A DNA stretch of 63,992 nucleotides, counting the filler, from Rhabdomonas costata (lineage: Eukaryota): NCBI GenBank assembly GCA_019059605.1. It is 30 parts of 30 records of this genome, joined end to end, with 100 filler letters (N's around TTAATTAATTAA, not from the genome) between each part and the next. Parts side by side here need not be neighbours in the genome. Positions count along the whole stretch, not along the records: positions 36,344 to 38,376 come from JAHMHO010006196.1; positions 38,477 to 40,514 come from JAHMHO010006197.1; positions 40,615 to 42,651 come from JAHMHO010006198.1; positions 42,752 to 44,787 come from JAHMHO010006199.1; positions 44,888 to 46,923 come from JAHMHO010006200.1; positions 47,024 to 49,059 come from JAHMHO010006201.1; positions 49,160 to 51,195 come from JAHMHO010006202.1; 23 more parts are not named here. One strand, 5' to 3'. Shown here in pieces: positions 37,930 to 50,241 of the stretch (position 1 is the first letter of the stretch; the number at the start of each line of letters is the position of its first letter). Both the position numbers and the translations under genes were made by a program. The notes under the pieces are model-generated. The model was not told the DNA's origin, did no database searches, and worked only from the letters and a program-made list of their open reading frames with translations.

Positions 37930-38704
37930 GGTACCTCTCCCGTATTTCTGTTGCACAAAAAGCGTGATGCACCTCCCCTCCTTCTCACTCACGCTATACA
38001 TGCCCTGCACAACCCTCGTCAATCGCCTTGCCTGCCGTGTTTTTTTTTCTTCCCTGTTCGTCCTTGCTGTGTGTGTATTGTAACTGCGGGGCTGACGTTG
38101 AAGTGTTTCGTGTGGCTAGGGTTGCTGGTGTTAGCATTGGTGCTATTGAGTTGATCAGAAAAGGGAGAGGAAATCGGCGGTTCCTTGAAATTTTGAATGC
38201 TGATGTTCTACGATTTCCGAACTGAATCCAACGATGATGTTGATGATTGCATTTTTGAGCGATGTTTCAGGACCTTGATTTCTCATCGCATTGATGGGCT
38301 ACCGTGAGATGGTGCGAGCACTGTTTCCGTGTTTGTACGACGACATTCCTCGGCTCTAACCTCTTACCACAACACCNNNNNNNNNNNNNNNNNNNNNNNN
38401 NNNNNNNNNNNNNNNNNNNNTTAATTAATTAANNNNNNNNNNNNNNNNNNNNNNNNNNNNNNNNNNNNNNNNNNNNCCCCCTCCCGTTCCCCACACGCCC
38501 TCCCGTTCGTTTTGGCTGTCCTATTTTTTCATGATCGCTAAAATTTGCCAAGGTTAACTCTGGGTGAAAGGGCCACAATCCTCTTTTCTTTGTTCAGTGT
38601 GAATTCTCATTGCTTCTGCACCTCACTTGTGGCAATGGCATCTGTCGGACGGCAAGGTTATTCCACGTTTGAAACTATCAGGCTGGTTTTTCTGTCGTCC
38701 TCAG

Positions 38705-40514
38705 GTGTGGAGCAGCCCTGATGGGATAGCATGGACTCAGGTCAGCGCCCTCACACCCTTCTCGGGGCGGGACGGTCCCACCTTGCTTGCCTACCACGGG
38801 CAGTTGTGGCTGATGGGCGGGAGCGTCATCTGGAGTGGCACCTTCGCCGATGTATGGAGCACCTTGGATGGAATGAACTGGACCAGCCAGCCTGCCATGC
38901 CCATCCCGAACTCCGTGTTTGGGGCGGCCGTGTGGCGCGGCAGCCTCTACGTCACTGGGGGCGTATATCCGTGTTGCTTTAACTACATCTCCATGGTGAG
39001 CGCCCTTGTGGGTGTGCTATTTACTTGCGATATGGATGTTGTTTGCCCATGCCAGCGCTAAGGGGTCCCGAAGCGAAACGAAACAGTTTCATTTCGCCTC
39101 AACGTCGTGTGCAGGCGATGGTTTTCGTCAGATAATCTCAACCACTCAGGGCACTTTTGTATGCCCACAAATACCCGATTTTTATTGAGTTCTTTTATGA
39201 ATAAATCGACGGGTGGGGCAGAGCCAAAAATTTTGCGAGTGCTACCACGTCGCCTGCCCTGTCCACTTCCTTTGGATTCGAATCCTTGCCTACTTTACGG
39301 GAGACGGGTGCAGGCAGACGCACACACACACACACATGGACACGCCTGTAGATACCGGCGCTGCCGGTTCGCCCACCCGTAAGAAAAGCTCCAAGGGTCA
39401 AGGGTCGTTCGCGCAAGAAAAGAAACGGCCCCAGCCCCCCAAGGAAGGAGTGTGGAGTCGCAGAGACCTCAGCAATGGAACAATGCAGGTAGCTGCTGGA
39501 AAAGAGCAGCTGCGCGACAAATGACCCTGGACCCGTGGGGCAGAAGGGAGGTTACCAGATGTGCAACGTTCGGCGGAGCCGGTTCCGGTTCCCCACGGCA
39601 CCGTTCGCTCCAACGGCACCTCTCAAGCAACCAGTCAACCAGGCAACAGCCAGCGCGCAATGCGCCCAACACACACACATGGACATACGACTTTCGCACG
39701 TTACTCCGTCTTTTTTTTGAACAGACAACCGGACCTTGGATACCCCCTAAATAGTAACGCAGCCTTTTTATATATATGTTCTTCTTCACCATTGCAGTGT
39801 ACATAGTTGGCATGCGCAAGGTTAATTCTTATCGATTTTTTTATTATGCGACAAATGCTAGAATAAGATAATGATCAGGGAACAAGGAGTTCCATTTTTC
39901 GCACTCCACGACTAACCTCCAGAGAACATATTGAGCCTTTCGGCTCAATAGGTCAGGTCTACAGGCCGCTGAACCATAGCGTCCCAGGGTACCGCTATTC
40001 ACGAAACTCCTTAGAAAAATCCAGCTACAATGATCGATACATGCGTGCTATTTGTGTGATTGTCCCCGTTCTTTCTGGTATCCAGCGCGAAATATACTTT
40101 TTAAGGAACTCGAACATGTGCTGACCAACCATTTTTGTTCATTGGGGTTGAAAATGGTTGATCGCGAAGCGTGGTTACGTGATGTTTGAGGAAATGGGTT
40201 GCCGACTTTGAAATGATGTGCAGGGCCGACAGTAACCTTGACGCCTACAGCCACACCGAGCGCCAGTTTCACATCCTCATCCTCGCCTACCCCGACTTTC
40301 TCTGTCACCACCACGCCGACCCCGAGCCCTACGGCAACTTGTATTGCAGCCACGAACAGTACAACTCCCACGACCACTCCAACTGCCACTCGCACGCCAA
40401 CCCCGACCCAAAGTACCACCCCTTCCTTCTCTGCTACCGGTACACCCACTGGAAGTCCGACACCAAGCCCATCTTGCACACCTTCCTTTTCGCCTTCGAC
40501 CCCCCCCCACACCC
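38705..40514 (+). CDS. Kelch-like beta-propeller surface protein with an S/T/P-rich mucin-like stalk, partial
   Basis: Exon 38705-38995: [12 protein letters not shown]...GQLWLMGG...[12 protein letters not shown]...GSLYVTGG. Exon ~40224-40514: TPTATPS-type repeats. Confidence 0.7.
39381..39679 (+). repeat. Repeat family A copy inside an intron
   Basis: Aligns along its length with 4286-4579, e.g. GACCCGTGGGGCAGAAGGGAGGTTACCAGA and AACGTTCGGCGGAGCCGGTTCCGGT. Confidence 0.85.
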
Positions 40515-40789
40515 NNNNNNNNNNNNNNNNNNNNNNNNNNNNNNNNNNNNNNNNNNNNTTAATTAATTAANNNNNNNNNNNNNNNNNNNNNNNNNNNNNN
40601 NNNNNNNNNNNNNNGGGTGGTTGTGCATGAATGCACTTCATCGGGGGGGGGGGGGCATAAATGCGCTCATGCCATATTTTCTTGGGAGTGGAGCCGATCG
40701 TCTTACACCCCATTCTCGATGCGGCACGCACACACGCACACGCACGCACGCACACACACACACACACACACACGCACACACACACACAC

Positions 40790-42520
40790 CTTGTTCACAA
40801 TGGCCCACACCAGCCAGTCCAGAAGTAGCAGTACCATTGCGATGTTGATCGCGAAGATCCCCGCGCACACCAGCCAATACACCCACTCCGGCATCCCGGA
40901 CTTCGTGCTGGCCGTCGTCCCGCGGTACTCCAGCAACAGCAGCAGGTTGGTCGTCACGGTCAGCGCGGACAGCGACAGCTGCTCCAGCCGGTGTAGATTC
41001 GTCCAGTTGTGGGGCCGGGCCAGCCAGTGCGCCATCAGCGAAACCGTCAGCATCCACACAGTGGCGTACCTTGGAAAGAACAATTGTGTCCAAGGCGGAG
41101 AATTAAATGGTTTAAACCGTTAAACCATTTTCGGACGAGTGAGAGGAGCAGTATTAGTTTTAAACTGGACATCAAATAACACGAGTTAGGTATACAGAGC
41201 ACGTGGTGGAAGAGGTGACACAGGGGGAGGGGGGACGGCGAGCGCATACATCTGAAGCCGATGGTCCGTGATGAACACCACGATGCACACCATGGCCATC
41301 TTCCGCAGCATCACCACGGCCTCCCAATACCACCGCTCGGGGCGGTACCCCGCCATCAGAAACGTAAACACCTTAAACGCCGTTGTAGGGCCTGCAAAAA
41401 TGACAGGTGGAGGTTGGGGAAACAATAATTGACATGAATGCGGCTAACCTAAAAGCCTGACGTCCATAGGTGCCCCACATTGTTCAGGGGACAACTGTAT
41501 TTTTTTTTGCGAGTGGGGGGCGCAGGCTTATAACCGTTGCTTTGCTTTGGCTTCGGAAAGATTATTTTTGGGCCAGAGCGAACTGCCAAACGTTTAGCTG
41601 TGCTAAACGACCGAACAGAACGCCTTTTCTTTAGGCACTGTTATGTATGTTATTGTATCAGTTCAACGCTGCTGCCAATGACCAACAGCAAACTGTCAGC
41701 AAATATAGGGCCACCGGTCGAATTATTAATTTCCTTGATTTCTGATCACCGTGAAGCACAGGCCCAGCGCAGTTGCGTCGGCCCGAGGAATCAGGTCCAA
41801 GCCACCAAGCTTGCTGCCACCTCCCCCAACTCCCCCAACCACGCAGTACCATTGAGCTGTATATAGGTAAACACCACAATGACGGCGGCCAGAGGGATGC
41901 CCAGCCCGTACCCCAGCGCAAACACCACAGAGAGTAGACGATACAAGTAGTACCCATCCGTGCACTCGATTCTGAATGGGAACCCCCCCAGCAGCCCCGC
42001 CCCATGCCAATCGGCACCTGTTAAGGCTAAGGTGGGTATTCATCATGAGCGGGCCACTTAAAACTCAGACTTGAAAGAAGTCGAAAAGTCGAATGCAATC
42101 GTGCTAAATCCTTCTTTTCCCGGGTTGCTCCTTTTTTTGCCTTGTGTATCTTGGACGTGACCTTCTCAGCTCGCTACGCCGAGTCACAGGCCACCGTTTG
42201 TGACGCATCCGAGGCGCGAGAAGGCTCCTAATTTGAAAACGCGTCCTTCTCGGATCCTTCTCTGCGCAAAATGGGGGTCATTAAATTCCTTTTCTCTCTG
42301 CCGCTCGAGAAGCATACCAGAAGTGCGCAGGTCAGAGAGAAGTGGAGGGGGGCGGGTCGTGGGGTTGAGGCCAGACCTCATGTCCACAGTGAGGTAAGAC
42401 CGCACCTGCCCCTTCGCCACCTCGATGTCCTGACATTGAAACATGTTCGCGCAGGTCTGCAGCAGCGTGGGGTAAATCAGGAACAGCACGATCACCAGGC
42501 TGGCCACCAGAATCTGCAAA
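40790..42520 (-). CDS. Multi-pass membrane protein, C-terminal TM bundle of the type found in large protist surface proteins
   Basis: Four exons (~42520-42377, ~41971-41850, ~41391-41250, ~41069-40790) join in frame via GT-AG: LFLIYPTL..FQC, YLTVDMRIEC, GYGLGIPL, FLMAGYRPERWYWEAVVMLRK, ARPH...LHRLE. Confidence 0.85.
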
Positions 42521-43165
42521 GAGGCCGCCAAACCACTCCCTTGGGTCCGCTTCACTTGTAAAAAAAGCCCTGTCCCTGTGCGACGGGAGGCAAACGTTTC
42601 GTCCGTAGATTCCCGCCGAGCTCTTGACTGCCGTGTTTATTCAACCACACCNNNNNNNNNNNNNNNNNNNNNNNNNNNNNNNNNNNNNNNNNNNNTTAAT
42701 TAATTAANNNNNNNNNNNNNNNNNNNNNNNNNNNNNNNNNNNNNNNNNNNNTCGTTTTTTTCCCCATTTCTGCCGCGTTTTTGGTGGTAGCACATTTCTT
42801 TTGGTGTTGCTGCCCTTTGCAACGGAAACCCACAATTTCAAATGGTCACCAGAAACGTTCTCATCCTGCGTTTTTTTTTTAAATGTGTAGCCCTTTTGCA
42901 ACTCATTGTTCTCTCAGAACTTTCCAATTCGTGGTTGTTTTTCTTCGACATCTTCTTGTTTTGCCCTGTTTGGCTTTCTTGGACACGCTAGATGTGGAAA
43001 TGTACCGTTTACTGCCTTGATAGGTAGCATGCTTTATGCGTATCTCTCTCGAACGGGATTGCTGCAATTACTTCACCCTGCGGTTCGTCTTCGTATTTTG
43101 TGTTATCAAGGCATGCCAGACTGTCTATGCAGCTGCTTCTACTGATTCCTTTGCTGTCAAATCAG

Positions 43166-44641
43166 AACTTTCACGGGGATATCGTACACATGGCTCGGCT
43201 TTTGGATAGCACTCGCGGGAAATCGAGCATTGGGTACACGCTAGAATCGATCACCGAACTGTCTTCGGCGCATCGGGAGGTTGCTTGGGGGGAGGTCTCT
43301 TCTGAGAAAACGGCGATTTCCATGCCGAAAGAGCTTTATCGCTTTTATCTGGAGCATTGCGAGGATGACTCGGAGTTACTCTACCGCACTTACAATAATC
43401 TGAAGGAGCTGATGCGCGGTAAACCTTCACACTTGAAGGGAAAAGGTGCGCACAAGAATCTGTGGGAATTTTACGAAAGACATTGGCGCCCCTTCGGAGA
43501 AGTCCTGACACAGATGGAAATGCGTGGGATGTACGTTGACCGCAGCGCGTTGGAAAAGCGTAAGAAAGCTCTCAGAGAGGATGTCGAGAAGCTTCGCAAG
43601 ATGTTTTGCAACAGAGTCACCCTTCTTTACAGAAAAGCCGCACAATCGGGTGACCTGAAGAAGAACGACGTCAAGCTTTGTGAGCTTCAATACCTGAACA
43701 ACCGCTCACTCCTTCAGATGAAGCGCCTGCTTTTTGATAATGGCTTTCAAGAACTCGGTTCTTCCGCGTCTCGAGCAACAGGGAAAACAGCTTCGAAAAC
43801 TGCCGTCAAATTTTGGGGCCTCGGACTCTCCCAATCTGGTCTGAGGAAGACACGCGGTAATGGAATTTCAATGAATGCTGAGACAATATCAAAGATACTT
43901 CAGAATCCTACGTTTGACGAAGGCTCCAAGTTTCGGCAGCACAAACACGAAGTATGCGATGTCATAAAGGCTCTCAAGGAGGTGAATGAGCAGCAGAAGC
44001 TCGAGCAAAGCTTTTTCCGCCCTCTGCCGGCCTTCGTCGTCCACTCCCGCATTCATGCCAGCCTGAATGTAAACACAAAGACTGGCCGGCTTTCCTGCGT
44101 CAACCCTAATCTCCAGAACCTTCCCACCCTGGCGAAGGACCGGCTCAAGCTCCGCGCGTGTTTCCTGGCCCCACCGGGGAAGGTGCTGATTGTGGCGGAC
44201 TACAGCCAAGTCGAGCTTCGGGTTCTCACTGTAGTCTCGAAGTGCCAGAGCCTTGCCCAGGACTTCAAGGATGGTGTGGATGTGCATTCGAAGACCGCCT
44301 ACATCTTATTTCCGGAAATTCAGGAAGCGGTGAAGCGAAAGGAGGTTTGCATTGATTCGCCGAACGAGGGCCCGGTCTGTTCACCTACTAGAAAGCAAAG
44401 CTTGCCGACGATTAAAGATGTTTTCCCCGACAAGCGGAAGATGGCGAAGACCGTGAACTTTGCCGTGCTGTATGGGCAAGGCGCAGCCGGCTTGGCGAAG
44501 CTTCTCAAGGTGACTTCGGAGGAAGCCAAGCGGTTCCTGGCGGACTGGAAGGCCAATCGGGAGGATGTTTGGAAATGGAAAGGCACGGTTCTAGATGAGG
44601 CTGGTGCTACTGGGGAAGTTTGCACTTTGTTGGGTCGCCCA
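43166..44641 (+). CDS. POP: Family A DNA polymerase of the POP (plant/protist organellar polymerase) type; one 1.48-kb exon
   Basis: POP-like signatures FHGDIVHMARLLDS, FYERHWRPFGEVL, TKTGRLSCVNPNLQNLP, motif A LIVADYSQVELR, HSKTA..FPEIQEAV...IKDVFPDKR, motif B RKMAKTVNFAVLYG, TLLGR. AG acceptor at 43164-43165; probable GT donor at 44642. Confidence 0.93.
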
Positions 44642-45861
44642 GTAACGGCTGCATTGCTGAAAAAGACGGCGTCCTCGGGGGCCAGTGATGCTCATGAAGC
44701 CGTACCGTTGCTTCAGGAATCCCGCACGTTGCCTGTTTTGTGGACGGGAAACTCGAGAAGGTCTTGGACTCAATCTCTGGATCACGCNNNNNNNNNNNNN
44801 NNNNNNNNNNNNNNNNNNNNNNNNNNNNNNNTTAATTAATTAANNNNNNNNNNNNNNNNNNNNNNNNNNNNNNNNNNNNNNNNNNNNAATGTAAGCACCA
44901 AGCTTGTGTTTTTTGTGTTGCGGAGCAAAACAACACCTCTCCCTCCCGTTGAATGTTCTTTGTGAATACGTGCGGGCGAGCCTGCAGAAACTGGGTAAGG
45001 GGGAATGGGGGGCCACTATGTCTGATTTTCTGGCTTGGTGGCGGAATTCTGTGTGCCCGCTTCTCTATTCTGGCCACGCCGTGGGACCAGGATACGGCAG
45101 CCCTTGCAGCAGCTCGCTATTGCAGTCGCCCATGGCGCCGAACAGCGAGAGAAAAAGCTGCGGACTTTCCGTGGAACTGTGCATCCTTCTTAGGCTGCTG
45201 GGACTGTTTGTTAGACCACTTCCGCGCGGTTTGTAAGGGATGAAATGATGCCCAAACTTGCTGCATTTCCCGGTGTCAAGACCTTCAGAAGTCAGTGCTG
45301 TCTAACCTAAGGTTTGCCATGTTTGACGCGTTGCTCGTTGGTAAAGGGTTGCTGAAATTTTTGTTTTTGTCTGATGTTTGGTTCAGCAAATGTCATTGCA
45401 AAGATGTGGTTTTTTAGGTATTATTGTTTGGGTTTCAGGGTAGCGACCCATGCGACGAATCTATAAATACTTCCGTCACTGCACCCTCTGGCAATGTGGT
45501 CAAAATGTTTTGTTTTGTCACAAAAACAGTGATATTTTCACAATCTTTTCGCTGGAATTATTTTGGTAAAAGGGCAGGGGAAATACACCTTACGCCTGAA
45601 GGGTCACAGCCAGAGTGCAAGGACAGCCTCACCCTTTTCGGCTCGTCGATAACGAAGACCTGAGTCAGCCCCCAACAATTATTTCAGACTAAAATGGGGT
45701 GTATATCTATTATGCGAAAACTCAGGGGGGTTGAGCAGGGCGAGAAAGGCCTTCTCCCGAAACCCTTTTTTCCACGAAAATTGACGAAAAAATTTTGCAA
45801 CAGAGGCGTCATAAGCTCCAAGTGGCCTGGAATTGAGCAGTGCACCGCAAGAGACCAGAAC

Positions 45862-45990
45862 CTATATTATTATTATTATTATTTTTATATATTATATTTA
45901 TTATATTATATTATTATTATTATATTTATTACATTGTATTATTATTTATATATATTACATTATTTTTTTCAAGAATTATTTTTTTTTGCT
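45862..45990. repeat. AT-rich low-complexity (TAT)n/(TA)n tract
   Basis: Directly visible in the sequence. Confidence 0.9.
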
Positions 45991-46149
45991 GAAATCGTCG
46001 ATTTTCCACCATCACACTTGATTCTAATGGATTCAAAAAGGCACCGGCACTTGGCATGACTCAATTGGAAAACTTACATCCGATGCACCCGGGAGCTTGG
46101 GACCACCAACCTGTATTTCAATTTCTGCTTTAATCCCGTATTTTTGGCC

Positions 46150-46923
46150 TCTGGGTGTTGCGGTTAGGGTTTCTTAGTGAGGGGTGCATGTTGGGTTTAG
46201 TGCTAGTGGGAATTCCTGGCCTTCAAGCTTGGGGTCTTGAGTTTGGGTTTGGGTGGTTTCGAATTTGGTGTGGGTTTTAAGGTTTTGGTTTTTGGTGTTC
46301 GGTTTTCTAAGTTGGGGTTCTGATTCTGGTTCGGTATTCCGGTATTTGGGTGTTGGTATTCGTATTGGTATTCGTGTCTGCGAGTTGAGGATGCGACAAA
46401 CACATAGTAGTAGTAAGAGGGTAACTATGCCCCTACGTTCCGCTACGGTGTTGTGTCTCTGGATGCATGGGGTCATACATGGGGTCACTTGTGCCAACCT
46501 GTGAGGTACCCGCATGACTCGCCCCATCCCAATTCAGCCTCACTTCAGCACCTGCCCTTGACCAACATGTGGCGTTCATGCCTCGCCTTAGCTGAACTGT
46601 TACCAAAGGCCTTCCACGAAGTACTCCACATTCCATTTTTCAGCTTGTTGTGTGTACTCGTGTTGGTGTCGCTCGACGAAAGACATTGGCACGGCACCAA
46701 CGAAAGAAAGCCTGGATCCCTGGGAAGGCCACACAACGAGAGAGAGAGACGGGTAAGCACTGACGAAGCACTACGCACACACAGAACCCTTCAACACACA
46801 CGAACCCTGCAGCACAAACCCGAAGACAGAAAAGGATACACTACCAGATACACAACCCACGATACCCCTACCACGACACCCAAACCCGAAACGCGAACCC
46901 GCTGCGCCGAATCACCACCCCAC
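46150..46923. repeat. Low-complexity region related to repeat family B (GT-rich left part, CA-rich right part)
   Basis: 19-nt exact match GTGTCTGCGAGTTGAGGAT (46374) to 25216; strand-asymmetric composition like 29480-29833. Confidence 0.5.
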
Positions 46924-47129
46924 NNNNNNNNNNNNNNNNNNNNNNNNNNNNNNNNNNNNNNNNNNNNTTAATTAATTAANNNNNNNNNNNNNNNNNNNNN
47001 NNNNNNNNNNNNNNNNNNNNNNNGGTTTGTTTTCTTTTTTGTCCGATTTTTTGCCCTCCCTTCTGCTTTTCGTATTGTTTGTGTGCTTGCGTGTGTGTGT
47101 GGGGGGGTGCGCAGCCCTTGCACGGTAAC

Positions 47130-48641
47130 CTCTGTGCCTCGGTGGTGCGAGGCCAGCCCTGCCCCTTGGGCCGCAGCTGCCCCGAGATCCACGTCACCCC
47201 AGAGGGCTACGAGTATGACCCCGCTCCGCTCCCGCTTTCGTGGCAGCGGAGTGCGTTGGGAAGGCAGTTGTGGGTGCGAGGGGTGTGGGGGTGCTGATAG
47301 ACTGCTCTCCTCTTCCTTCTTTTGCTTTCTCCTGTAATCTGCAATTCCCGACTCTGCAGTCCCTGCTCCTTTGCTCTTGGCAGGAACCGCAGAATCTGGA
47401 ACCGCCCCCTGAAGACCCCAAGGGCAACTGCCACTGCGGCACGGTGTGCCCGTGCGTGTCTTTTTTCTTTTCGCCCCCCACCCATGTACGCGATTTTCAT
47501 TCTCACATCCGGCTCTCTCTTTTCACCCTTAGCCCCAGAACTCTGCCTGCAAGCCCGCACATACACACACCGCAGTTCCTGCCCCTCGTCCACCGACATT
47601 TCGCTGGCTGTGAAACTCCCCTGTAGCGGACACCACTGCACCGCCTTTTCCCCCATGCCCTCTCCTCCCTCCTCTCTGCGTTGTCAAAGTCACAATCACA
47701 CCTGTCATACCCTCTCTCCGTCCCGTCGCCGTCTGCGTCACGTCCACGTTGTTTTGCTCTTCCAGTCCTCCCACGCCTCTATAGATATCTCTCTCTGTTC
47801 TGGATTTACGCAGAAGCCCTTCGTTATAACTCTTTCTTCTCTCTCCTTCCCCCTTCTTTATCAGTTCGCCGTGCACGCTCCTTGAACTCTGGGCATTGTT
47901 CCTGCATTGTTCCTTGTGAAGTCACCTCTAGGTGTTCTGACCCGCCCCCCTCCACCGCTTTTCCAGGTCTGCGCTGCCTCTGGGACTGAACGGCTCTGAG
48001 TTTGCGTCTGCGGCAGCTATTCAGGTGGCTGAAGTGTATGTGTGTGTGTGTGCGTGCGTGCGTGTGCGTGGGAAAATGTGGTTCCATCTGAGCGAGGCGA
48101 TACTGTCCTTCGGCTTTCTTAATAACCTGTGGCGTTGATGTCCTGCAACAATCTGATGCCCCGCCCAGAGGAGATAGGGGACGGGTGGGGTTGGGGTGGG
48201 GGGAGCAGAGGTGTGGCTAAGGTGTGGGACTTCTGTGTGGAGAAGAAGACGCCCCTGTGGCGTTGGAGGGTATTTTGAAGAGTAGTGTGGTGGGAAAGAT
48301 GGGCAGTTCAATGGGGTGGAAAGAATGAAAGGTGTTCTGGGAAGAAAGAGTGTCAACAGACGCGCACCCTCACCCGGCAGAATACGGATGTTCGCAGGAA
48401 ACCTGACCCTCACCTGCTCTCCCCTCTCCCCCTGTGCAGGCTGCCGCAGCACCGCCCGATGCCGACGCCCAGGCCGACCCAGCGGCTTCCGACTCCGAGG
48501 GCTCCGACTCCGAAGGCAATGCTGAAGATGCACCTCAGCTGCCGCAGCAACAGCAGCAGCAGCAGTCTGCCACTCCTGCCGTCGCCTCGACACCCAAGAC
48601 CTCCACCGATGTCTACGTCCACGACCCCTACTTCTACTCCG
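47130..48641 (+). CDS. Probable exons of a CCCH zinc-finger-like protein with a low-complexity, Q-rich linker
   Basis: CPLGRSCPEIHVTPEGYE (~47160-47212) and exon ~48440-48641 (SDSEGSDSEG, poly-Q, VYVHDPYFYS) with plausible splice sites. Confidence 0.4.
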
Positions 48642-48888
48642 GGTCTGTGCACACCCCGTGGGAGCGTGCCCTTTGTCGGCTTTCTCTCGGCTTCACTCAT
48701 TTCTGCTCTTACAGCGTTGTACAACCAACTAACCTGCCAAATCCAAAGGAGGCGGGCGTCTCAGCCGAAATGCAAACAAACAAAAGGCCACATCTCTCTC
48801 CCTTTCTTCTATTATATCTTGCTCCGCACCTCGCACGCGCGTCAGCCGTTAGAAAACAGTAGCTACGCGACAATGGCCCGGGCCCCGT

Positions 48889-49054
48889 GGGGTAGAAACG
48901 AGACTACCATATGTGGAACGTCCGGAGGAGAGCTGGTACCCCACGGCACCGTTCGCTCCCAAGGTATACCTCTTGCGAGCACCCGTATGAACGGCGCCGT
49001 GGGGTACCAGCTCTCCTCCGGACGTTCCACATATGGTAGTCTCGTTTCTACCCC
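48889..49054. repeat. Inverted repeat with 66-bp arms (48889-48954 / 48989-49054) and a 34-nt spacer, built from repeat family A
   Basis: Arms are reverse complements with 1 mismatch; the left arm aligns with 39535-39612. Confidence 0.95.
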
Positions 49055-49425
49055 CCAACNNNNNNNNNNNNNNNNNNNNNNNNNNNNNNNNNNNNNNNNN
49101 NNNTTAATTAATTAANNNNNNNNNNNNNNNNNNNNNNNNNNNNNNNNNNNNNNNNNNNNGGGGTTTTTGTGCGTACGTTACTTGCATCTCTCACAGGGTA
49201 TAATGGCAGTGCACATTGTCCCCTGGCTGAGGTTCTTTGCCTCGCAGGATGCGGGATGCAGCCAAGACTTGAAGGTGGGGCTACCTCTCGAGACAATTTG
49301 ACGGTTGAAGTGCCTGATTCCCCTGCTACCCCCGCCTGGGCTTCAGACCTGGACCTCTCACATCGCTTTAATACACAGGGATTCCACGGGGGGTCCCTTC
49401 CACTTCACTTCGAGTCTGGTCACCA

Positions 49426-50241
49426 GTGGATAATGCGGGTCTCCTCGCTTCGGTCATGTCTTTTTCTTCAATGGTTCTATCGGACGCCACCGTCCGCTCT
49501 ACAGTGCTGGCAATGGGTTACGTGCCCCTGCCCGCGTCGGTGGCCTCGGACTCCGTGGACACTCTGCTGCAGGCGCAGTGCGGGGGTCGGGCTGTGGCAC
49601 AGGCGGTGTTCTTTCATGGCGGGTCGTCCAAAGAGTCCGGCACGCTGCTGCACACCCTTGCCGCGGCGTACTCCGTGCTCACCCCTGGGGTAGTGCTCAA
49701 CCACCAGCAGGTTAACTGCCCTCTTCTGTCCATACACAGCAGGCGTCATCCATGCTGGCTTCTGATTTTTCGCAATTTCTGTTTTGTGCATTGCAAAATA
49801 CATGAAACATATATTGCCTTGCTGGGGAAAATCAGCGCATCTGGTTACAAGAGATAAGCGGTTATTTTCGGTGCAAATGTAGTTACTGCAAGGGACGTTA
49901 GACAGCCTGGTCAGCAGGTTTTGATCAATAACCATCATCTGCCTACATATGTGTCCCAGTGCATGCGCTCGCTGCATACACGGGTTCCAGTGCGTTTTTC
50001 ATCGGAGAAACTCACCATCCTCCTCTTGCAGCGAAACTCATTCAGCATCTGTCCACATTTTTAGGAGTATTCGCACACGTGGCTCCCCGATTTGCTCTCC
50101 CACCAAACTGAGTTCGCTGTGATCGAGACAAACCCAACCGACGCGTACTACGCCACCGCGGCAGCCGCAGGGATGCCACTGGCCCAGTTCCATTTGGTTA
50201 TCACTGGGGTGGCACTGGCGGTGAACCTGCCGCAGATCCCT
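49426..50241 (+). CDS. Exons of a receptor-like protein with PstS-like periplasmic-binding domains
   Basis: Exon 49426-49710 (AMGYVPLP, FFHGGSS) and exon ~50107-50241 (QFHLVITGVALAVNLP), resembling PstS GYxPLP and xPxxxxxVxxxYNLP motifs. Confidence 0.5.

Noticed and set aside
39205..39295. tRNA or Pol III SINE head (GGATTCGAATCC, B-box-like)
   Set aside because: No cloverleaf, no convincing A box, and not shared with other family A copies as far as visible.
44642..44787. C-terminal extension of the POP ORF and apparent loss of motif C
   Set aside because: Similarity stops at a plausible GTAACG donor, so this is most likely intron read-through; motif C would lie beyond the contig.
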